Positions 1 to 6,591 of a stretch of DNA of 11,742 nt are shown here, one piece after another; positions within the stretch are counted from its first letter, which is position 1, and every line of letters begins with the position of its first letter. A program made the translations under genes and the position numbers. This DNA is from Prasinococcaceae sp. CCMP 1430 (lineage: Eukaryota > Plantae > Prasinodermophyta): contig RQSC01000286.1 in NCBI GenBank assembly GCA_013416795.1, positions 1 to 11,742 on the forward strand, read 5' to 3'. The notes below the pieces were generated by a model. The model had not been told where the DNA came from. It searched no databases and saw only the letters and a program-made list of their open reading frames with translations.

Positions 1-1173
1 CGCGCGGTGGCGGCCGCGGCGGCGGGCGTCGACGTCAGCGCGTGGAACGCGGGCGCCAAGGAGGCGCGGCTCGCAGCGCTCGAGGCGGAGGCGATCGGCG
101 CGATCGAGAAGGCCGTGGAGAACTTCGACCACCCGGTGTTCCCTTGCGCATTCATCGCAGGCGACGTCGTCATCATGCACCTGCTCGACAAGCTGGGCTA
201 CCTGTCGAGCGGCAAGGTGCAGGTGCTTTGCGTGGACACCTTCCACCTCTTCCCGGAGACGATGGAGTTCCTCAAGGCCAAGGAGGAGGCGTATGGATTC
301 AAGGCAAATGTGTTCATGGCCGAGGGCACCGCCAACAAGGCGGAGTACGACGAGAAGTACGGTGCCAACCTGTGGAAGGAGAACATCGAGGAGTATGACA
401 GGGTGTGCAAGGTCGAGCCCTTCCAGCGCGGCCTCAAGGAGCTGCAGTGCGACGCGTTCATCAATGGCCGCCGTCGCGACCACGGCTTCGAGCGCGCCTT
501 CATCCCTCTCTTCGAGGAGGGCAAGATGACCAAGGTCAACCCGATCGCGTACTGGACCTTCGAGGACTGCTTCGACTACCTCGAGGCCAACGACATCCCG
601 GCGCACCCGCTGCACGAGCAGGGCTACCCCTCCATCGGCGACGCCAAGGATACCGTGACCGTGCCCAGGGAGAAGTGGTTCGAATACGCCGGCGAGCGCT
701 CGGGCCGCTTCCAGGGGCTCGCAAACTCGGACGGCTCCAAGAAGACCGAGTGCGGCATCCACGTCGACGGCGCCGAGCGCACCTGGGACAGGGACCTGTG
801 GGGCGACGCCGAGCAGGACATTGCATCGGCCGTCGCACCCGCGGAGCGCGACAGCATCGACTCCGTGCTCAAGCAGGAGGGCGTCGATGTCCTCGCGGTG
901 GTGTACGCACCGTGGTGCAAGTTCTGCCAGGCGGCAGAGGAGGAGTTCGAGGCGCTCGCCGCCGAGGTGGGGAGCGACGAGGCTCTGCGCGTGGCCAAGT
1001 ACCGCGGCGACACCGACCGTGACTTCGTCAAGCCCGAGTGGGGCGTGGAGTCCTTCCCGACCTTCCTGCGCTTCCCCGCGGACGGCTCCGGGCCCGTCAA
1101 GTACACCGGCACCGAGGAGCAGCGCGACCGCGCCACGCTCGGCGCGTTCCTGCGCACCGGCGCTCAGCCGTGA
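1..1173 (+). CDS. APR-B: APS reductase, FeS-cluster-less APR-B/PAPS-reductase type, with C-terminal thioredoxin-like domain; 5'-partial (frame open from base 1, presumably the end of a plastid transit peptide)
   Basis: CysH-family motifs: VDTFHLFPET, YDRVCKVEP (394-420), NGRRRDHG, GYPSIGDAKDT (YPSIGDAKDT at 625-654) and the catalytic ECGIH (748-762). The C-terminal domain has YAPWCKFCQ (CxxC 916-927), VAKYRGD and SFPT. Strong GC3 bias. Stop TGA 1171-1173. Confidence 0.9.
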   Translation, partial: RAVAAAAAGVDVSAWNAGAKEARLAALEAEAIGAIEKAVENFDHPVFPCAFIAGDVVIMHLLDKLGYLSSGKVQVLCVDTFHLFPETMEFLKAKEEAYGFKANVFMAEGTANKAEYDEKYGANLWKENIEEYDRVCKVEPFQRGLKELQCDAFINGRRRDHGFERAFIPLFEEGKMTKVNPIAYWTFEDCFDYLEANDIPAHPLHEQGYPSIGDAKDTVTVPREKWFEYAGERSGRFQGLANSDGSKKTECGIHVDGAERTWDRDLWGDAEQDIASAVAPAERDSIDSVLKQEGVDVLAVVYAPWCKFCQAAEEEFEALAAEVGSDEALRVAKYRGDTDRDFVKPEWGVESFPTFLRFPADGSGPVKYTGTEEQRDRATLGAFLRTGAQP

Positions 1174-1176
1174 GCC

Positions 1177-1198
1177 GGGGCGGGTGGGTGGGTGGGGG
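1177..1198 (+). other. G-quadruplex-forming motif in presumed 3' UTR
   Basis: GGGG-C-GGG-T-GGG-T-GGG-T-GGGGG: five G-tracts with 1-nt loops, starting 3 nt after the APR stop. Confidence 0.55.
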
Positions 1199-1621
1199 TG
1201 AGAGGTGGGCGCTAGCCCCGAGGCGCGGCGCCCGCGCGACTGCCCCCGTCCGCGGGCCGCCCGGCAACGCAACGCGACGCAACGTTCCGGAACCCAGAGT
1301 GGATAAGATTTTCTTTTTCCTTTCCAATAACAAAAAAGAAAAAACGCGTGCAGGGTGATGAGGGCTTCGGGGGTCACACCCCGTTGTTTTCGAAAGCGAC
1401 CAATTTCGCGTCAGAGAACACGGGAGCAGGCCCGAAAGTGTGCCAATTCCGCGACGGCCGCACGCGCTCGCGGCGCTCGCCGCCGGCGCGGCCACACCCG
1501 TGACGCCTGGCGTGCGCAGGGATGCTAGGGGCGCGCACGGGAGGCGTGAGCGCGCGCGCCGCCGCCGCTTCCGGCGCCGCGCGCACGACCTGTCGGCGCG
1601 CGCCGCGTGCGCGCGCGCGCG

Positions 1622-2167
1622 ATGGCGCCGCTGGCGCCGCAGCTGCGCGCACTCATCGAGCGCGACAGCGCGCCGCAGTGGCACGAGGAGGGCACGCCGG
1701 AGGAGCGCGTCAAGGCGCTGGGGATCGAGCTGGAGGGGCGGGTGCCGACGAATCCCCAGGGAATTTACCACCCGGTGGTGCTCGTGGGCAACCAGGCAAA
1801 CGTGAGCGGGCAGATCCCTCGCCTGCCTGACGGTTCGCTGCTGACGGGCATCGCCGGCAGCACGGCGTCCGAGGAGGAGGCCGCTGAGGCCGCCTACAAT
1901 GTGGGGTGCACGATGCTCGCCTCCATCCGCAACCAGCTCGGCTCGCTGGATCGCGTGAAGCGTGTGGTGATGGTGCGCGCCTACGTGGCGAGCACGCCGG
2001 AGTTCGAGAGGCAGCCGGCCGTGGTGAATGCGCTGTCGAATCTCTTCATCGACGTCTTCGGACCTGCCGGCAAGAGCGCGCGCAGCGCCGTCGGCGTGGC
2101 TGCGCTGCCGCTGGGGATCACTGTCGAGGCGGAGGCCGTGATCGAGGTAGACCTGTCCGACGATTAG
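1622..2167 (+). CDS. YjgF/YER057c/UK114 (Rid) family protein, Rid1-like putative imine deaminase, 181 aa
   Basis: Motifs TPEERVKALGIEL, VSGQIP, LGSLDRVKRVV, QPAVVNALSNLFIDVFG and ARSAVGVAALPLG..VEAE, including the conserved Arg. First ATG in frame is 1622, and an in-frame TGA at 1547-1549 bounds it upstream. Confidence 0.88.
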   Translation: MAPLAPQLRALIERDSAPQWHEEGTPEERVKALGIELEGRVPTNPQGIYHPVVLVGNQANVSGQIPRLPDGSLLTGIAGSTASEEEAAEAAYNVGCTMLASIRNQLGSLDRVKRVVMVRAYVASTPEFERQPAVVNALSNLFIDVFGPAGKSARSAVGVAALPLGITVEAEAVIEVDLSDD

Positions 2168-2258
2168 CGTGGCGGCGCGGTCGCATGACGCGCCGCGAGC
2201 GAGTAACAAAAAAGTGGCATGGTATTACCGGCGGGCGCGCGCGCGGCATCGCCTCGCC

Positions 2259-5200
2259 TCACGCGGAGGCGACGAAGTCGTATCCCCGTGCCGCAGGTGT
2301 GTCGTAGTGCCCGCGCTCCCCCCTCCAGTCGAATATTCCACCTGGTGGCAGGTGCTCCGCGTCGAGTGCGCCGTTGCACGCTGCCTTGGCCGCCCCCGCC
2401 TCGCCGTCCTTTCCCGCGCGCTCGCTGAACTGCCGGGAGTAGACTGCGCACCAGAGTTTCCGCTGCGCCGTCGATGCGGGCGCGATTGCAGTGTCGAAGA
2501 GTTGCGCGACCGCCTCCTTCTTGCACCTGGCCAGCGCTGCCGCCTCGTGCTCGCGCGCGTCGAAGAGGTAGCGGCCCTCCCAGACCTCTGCCCACTGCCG
2601 CTCACTCTCGTCAAGCAGGCTCGCGTCCTTCTGCAGGCGCGCGGAGATGCGCGCGGAGCGGTACTTCTCAAACTCGTCGTCGGTCATGCCGCGCAGCGTC
2701 TCCGAGTAGCCCGCGAGGAACCTGTGGAGGCAATCCGACAGGTGCTCGGGCGGGTGCTCAGCGCTCTGCAGGCGCGCAGCAAAGCCGAGCACGCCGTGCG
2801 TGAGGCGCAGACCGATGTCCAGCGAGTAGCCCAGCTGCTCCTTGGTGCGCAGGGTGTCGAAGAATGGCTCGCCGATGGCCTGCTCGAGCAGATCCAACGC
2901 GGCGCGCGTGTTGTCGTCATCGGGGCCCACCTGCCAATACACCTCGAGCGCCGAGTTTTCCTCCTTCGGGTTCTTGCACGGGCACCGCACGAGCGTGACC
3001 ACGCCCTCCTTTAGAGACGTCACGCGCTGCATGGGGCGCAGGGCGGCGTCCTTGCCTCCCGCGCGAGGCAACATTTGGGCCATCTCGGCCTCGAGCGCCG
3101 CGACCTCGGCCGCCCCTACATTGCCCGTCACGAGCGCCTCGACGCGGCTTTGCTTCGTGAAGTGGGACTCGGCGTACGCACGCACGTCCTCAGGGCGGAG
3201 ACCCTCGAGCAGCGCCGGCACGGCGTCGATGTCGTAGGTGGCGTGCCTCAGGCAGGTGAGGCGCAGGTACGACACGTGCATCATCGGTCGCATGTTGGCG
3301 TTGGCGTAAGCCCGGGCCGTCTCCTCGCGCACCACCTCGAAGCGGTCGTCCTTGACCGGCGGCGACGTGGCCACGGCCAGCACCGTGCGCAGAAGCGCCA
3401 CCAGGTTGTGGCTAAAGCCTGACACACGCACCTCAAGGCGCTCGCCCGAGCGACGCACCTGCGCCTCGAGGTCCGCCATCGACGCCATGTACGTGGTCTC
3501 GTTGAGCGCATCCGCCGCGAGCTTTGCCAAAAGCTCCGTCATCACGATGGAGCGCTGGTCGGCATTGTGCCCAGGGGCGCTCAGAGAGAGGAAAGCACAT
3601 GCGCGCGGCGTGCGGAAGACCGCATCGCCCTTGTGCCAGAGGCGACACAGGTCACCGTCGCTCACTGTGCGCGGAGGAACACCTGGCACGTACCCGTGCT
3701 CCGGGTGCTTCGCGGTATTAACCTCTGGCGACGGCAGCAGCTCGAAGTTGGTGGGCAGAAACTCATTGCGCGGCGGCATTGTGAGCGCGGGGTACGCCGC
3801 AGCTGCCTCGCGTGACTCGGAGTGCAGCCCGCCCGCCGCCGCCTCGGCCTCCCAGCGCTCTAGAAGGGCCGCGGGAACAGGGGCCGCGGAGTACTTCACA
3901 CCGAACCACGGCTCCTCGCTCGGAAGCGCCCCCTCCGGCAGCTGCGGCACCGCGGTGGCCGCCTTCTCGGCGCCGTCCCCATCGACTTCCATGGTTTCGA
4001 CGTCGCCGTTGGGCTTGGGTACGCCGAAGACGGCTTCGGCGAGCCTGTCCTCGCGCGCGAGCAGATCGATCCGCGCGTTGGCGGGCGTGAGGTGCTGCAT
4101 GATGGCGTCGACGCACTGCGGATCCCAGTCCTCGAACACGTAGTCCCCCGAGACGGCGTGCTCGGGTGCGTACACGGGCATGTTGCTCGCAAGATTCACC
4201 GCGTACTCGTCGGCCTCCTCCTCCTCGTGGTAGCGAAACTGCACCTCGGCCACAGCGCGCAGCTCGTCGAAGACCCACTTCTGCGGGCCCTCTCGCGCGG
4301 CCATCGCGGCGTACTGGAAGATGAGCGACGCCACGTCGTCACGCCTGCGCAGTCCTTCCTCCGTAAGGTGGGCAGTGACAGTGAACATGCTCGAGTTGGA
4401 GGAGCGATCGTGACCGCCGTCCCCCACGCCACCGGAGAGCGCCGTCGCCCAGCCGCGCGCCTTGAGCGCTGCGAAGAGCGACCCGCGGCCCTCGTGGCCG
4501 ATCAGGTGGCTCGCGTAGTCAGCGGGCTTGGAACGGTACGCCTTGAGGAGCGGCGGTAGGCACCACATCACATGGAGCTGCATGACGTCGCGAACGGCGG
4601 GCAGGATGTACTGCATGCGCGGCTCGAAGGGCATCCCTTGGCTCTTGAAGTCATCAGGCAGCGCGGCGGCGGGGGTCGGCGCCGGCCGCACCCTCGCGAA
4701 CAGCTCGCCCACCATATCTTGTAGCTCATCGAGCGTTTCCATCCCGACGACGACGAGCGTCATCCGCGGCGCGCAGTAGTGCGCGTCGTAGAACTCTAGC
4801 AGCTGCTTGCGCATGTCGAGCCCTGCCGAGGCGGGGGCGTCGCGCAGCGACTTCATGTTGCCCCAGAAGAAGGCCTTGAAGGGGTGGCCGTCGCGCGCGG
4901 TGTGGCACTGCAACTGCAGCAGCCGATTGCCGTCATGGCTGAGCGCCTGACGAAACTCGCTCTCGACGGCCTGCACCTCGCGCTCCATGGAGCCCGCCTT
5001 GATGAGCGGGGACACGAAGAATCCGGCGAAGCGCTCGAGTGCTCCGCGCAGCGATGCCCTGTGCACGTCAAAGAAGAAGCACGTGTGCTCGCACTCGGTG
5101 AAGGCGTTGGAGCCACCGCCATGCTTCGACAGGAATGAGTCGTACTCGTTCTCGTCGGGGAAGTCCTCGCTGCCCATGAAGAGCATGTGTTCCAGAAAGT

Positions 5201-5693
5201 GCGCCAGGCCGTTAGCCGACGCGGGATCGGAGAAGCTGCCGACGCTCACGCTGAGCGCTGCGGCAGCCTTCTTGGTGGCACCGCCGCCACCGCCTCCTTT
5301 CCCGTTTGGCGCCCCCGCCTCCCCCTCCTCGCCCTCCTCCATGCCGTCGTCGGAGCCATAATCGTCACCTTCCGATCCCTCATCCGAGTACTCATCATCC
5401 TCTGCAAGGAGCAGCAGGCGCGGCAAGCGGCGGCGCCCGCTCCAGTCAGCGCGGGCATTCGGGCACTCGTGGGAGGGGTGGATGCGCCGCGCGCCCGTCG
5501 AGCCGTCGCGCGGGTTCGCACCTTCCTCGTCGTCGTCCTCGCCCGACGCCCCGCCTGCCGCCATCTCTGGGTCGTGAATGAGCAGCGCGGTCAGGCCATT
5601 AGGCAGCACGATGCGCCGATACTCGCGCTTGTCCTCGGGCGACGATATCGGCACAGTCGCCTCGACCTTGGCGTGCGCCCGCTGGGGCGACAT
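2259..5693 (-). CDS. Nardilysin-like / insulysin-family zinc metallopeptidase (M16A); exons 5693-5522 and 5401-2259, about 1104 aa
   Basis: Inverted zincin motif HFLEH (5187-5201), N-terminal SPEDKREYRRIVLPNGL.ALLIHDP, acidic insert before the active site, and motifs SNAFTECEHT, HLIGHEG.GSL and FFDTLRTKEQLGY. ATG 5693 matches where plant nardilysin-like proteins begin; an alternative in-frame ATG lies at 5864. Confidence 0.9.
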   Translation of the reverse strand: MSPQRAHAKVEATVPISSPEDKREYRRIVLPNGLTALLIHDPEMAAGGASGEDDDEEGANPRDGSTGARRIHPSHECPNARADWSGRRRLPRLLLLAEDDEYSDEGSEGDDYGSDDGMEEGEEGEAGAPNGKGGGGGGATKKAAAALSVSVGSFSDPASANGLAHFLEHMLFMGSEDFPDENEYDSFLSKHGGGSNAFTECEHTCFFFDVHRASLRGALERFAGFFVSPLIKAGSMEREVQAVESEFRQALSHDGNRLLQLQCHTARDGHPFKAFFWGNMKSLRDAPASAGLDMRKQLLEFYDAHYCAPRMTLVVVGMETLDELQDMVGELFARVRPAPTPAAALPDDFKSQGMPFEPRMQYILPAVRDVMQLHVMWCLPPLLKAYRSKPADYASHLIGHEGRGSLFAALKARGWATALSGGVGDGGHDRSSNSSMFTVTAHLTEEGLRRRDDVASLIFQYAAMAAREGPQKWVFDELRAVAEVQFRYHEEEEADEYAVNLASNMPVYAPEHAVSGDYVFEDWDPQCVDAIMQHLTPANARIDLLAREDRLAEAVFGVPKPNGDVETMEVDGDGAEKAATAVPQLPEGALPSEEPWFGVKYSAAPVPAALLERWEAEAAAGGLHSESREAAAAYPALTMPPRNEFLPTNFELLPSPEVNTAKHPEHGYVPGVPPRTVSDGDLCRLWHKGDAVFRTPRACAFLSLSAPGHNADQRSIVMTELLAKLAADALNETTYMASMADLEAQVRRSGERLEVRVSGFSHNLVALLRTVLAVATSPPVKDDRFEVVREETARAYANANMRPMMHVSYLRLTCLRHATYDIDAVPALLEGLRPEDVRAYAESHFTKQSRVEALVTGNVGAAEVAALEAEMAQMLPRAGGKDAALRPMQRVTSLKEGVVTLVRCPCKNPKEENSALEVYWQVGPDDDNTRAALDLLEQAIGEPFFDTLRTKEQLGYSLDIGLRLTHGVLGFAARLQSAEHPPEHLSDCLHRFLAGYSETLRGMTDDEFEKYRSARISARLQKDASLLDESERQWAEVWEGRYLFDAREHEAAALARCKKEAVAQLFDTAIAPASTAQRKLWCAVYSRQFSERAGKDGEAGAAKAACNGALDAEHLPPGGIFDWRGERGHYDTPAARGYDFVASA
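5402..5521 (-). other. Spliceosomal intron, 120 nt, phase 1, in-frame and stop-free
   Basis: GAAG|GTGCGAAC donor, GCTGAC branch motif (5450-5445) and CTCCTTGCAG| acceptor. Removal joins EDDDEE to EDDEYSDE into one acidic tract and deletes an atypical Arg/Pro-rich 40-aa peptide. Confidence 0.8.
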
Positions 5694-6325
5694 GCCGCCG
5701 CCGCCGCCCTCGCCGCCGCCGCGTCCTCGCGCGCGCGCNGGGTCCGCCGGCCCCTCCGGGCGGCCCCGCAGCGCGCTCGAGGCGCGCGCGCGCGCGGCGA
5801 GGAGACTGGGCCGTCGATCCCGGCCGGGCGAGGGCGGCTCCGCAGCTTCGCACCGGCGCCGCATGAGCTACTCTGTAGCTACTGTAGTAGCTGCAAGGCA
5901 AGGCCTCAGTTTGCAGAACCCTACCAAAAATGGTGCGATGAAATGCATGTACTTCCGTACAAGTCACTCTTTCATTGATATTCGATCGATGTAGAGCACC
6001 GATTGAATTGCGGCGCCGAAAATCGGCGGAGACCCCAAATGGCAACTGCGGATTGGGGTTCCGCAACGTCGTCGGTTTTCCCGGCAACGCACTGCACTGC
6101 GCGCGCGCGCGCGCGGTGTTTTCGAACCCGCGTTGGGCAAACAAGTCTCCCGTGTGTTGGAGTGATGTACATATGTATTTTAATGGTCCTGTCGCACGCG
6201 GTGCGGCGCGCGGGCCGATTTTCGCGTTTCGCGCGATTTTCGCGCGCGCGCGCCGTCGCAGGCGGGCCGCCGGCGCCAGTGGGCGCGCGCGCGGCGCCGC
6301 AGGGGGGGAGCCCTCGCCTGCCTCC
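5694..6325. promoter_or_regulatory. Divergent intergenic/promoter region between the peptidase (-) and MSH6 (+)
   Basis: Head-to-head gene arrangement, an AT-richer island at about 5865-6190, and TTTSSCGS-type motifs at 6077-6084, 6227-6234 and 6238-6245. Confidence 0.6.
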
Positions 6326-6590
6326 NNNNNNNNNNNNNNNNNNNNNNNNNNNNNNNNNNNNNNNNNNNNNNNNNNNNNNNNNNNNNNNNNNNNNNNNNNN
6401 NNNNNNNNNNNNNNNNNNNNNNNNNNNNNNNNNNNNNNNNNNNNNNNNNNNNNNNNNNNNNNNNNNNNNNNNNNNNNNNNNNNNNNNNNNNNNNNNNNNN
6501 NNNNNNNNNNNNNNNNNNNNNNNNNNNNNNNNNNNNNNNNNNNNNNNNNNNNNNNNNNNNNNNNNNNNNNNNNNNNNNNNNNNNNNNNNN
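6326..6590. other. Assembly gap (265 N)
   Basis: Run of N. A single ambiguous base also occurs at 5739. Confidence 1.
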
Positions 6591-6591
6591 G

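Noticed and set aside
1355-1437. Hammerhead ribozyme-like pattern TGATGAG-stem-CGAAA
   Set aside because: Position 3 is G, not C (GUGAUGA), so the 3-8 pair is broken. I found no stem III partner with a UH cleavage site or stem I.
1171-1466. Selenocysteine readthrough of the APR TGA with a SECIS element
   Set aside because: The TGA follows a complete thioredoxin fold with normal CxxC. The downstream RUGA lacks the AAR apical motif at SECIS spacing.
1260-6091. Identical 12-mer CCCGGCAACGCA at 1260-1271 and 6080-6091, and CAACG tandem copies at 1265-1284
   Set aside because: A single GC-rich 12-mer match is expected by chance at this composition and length, with no consistent position relative to genes.
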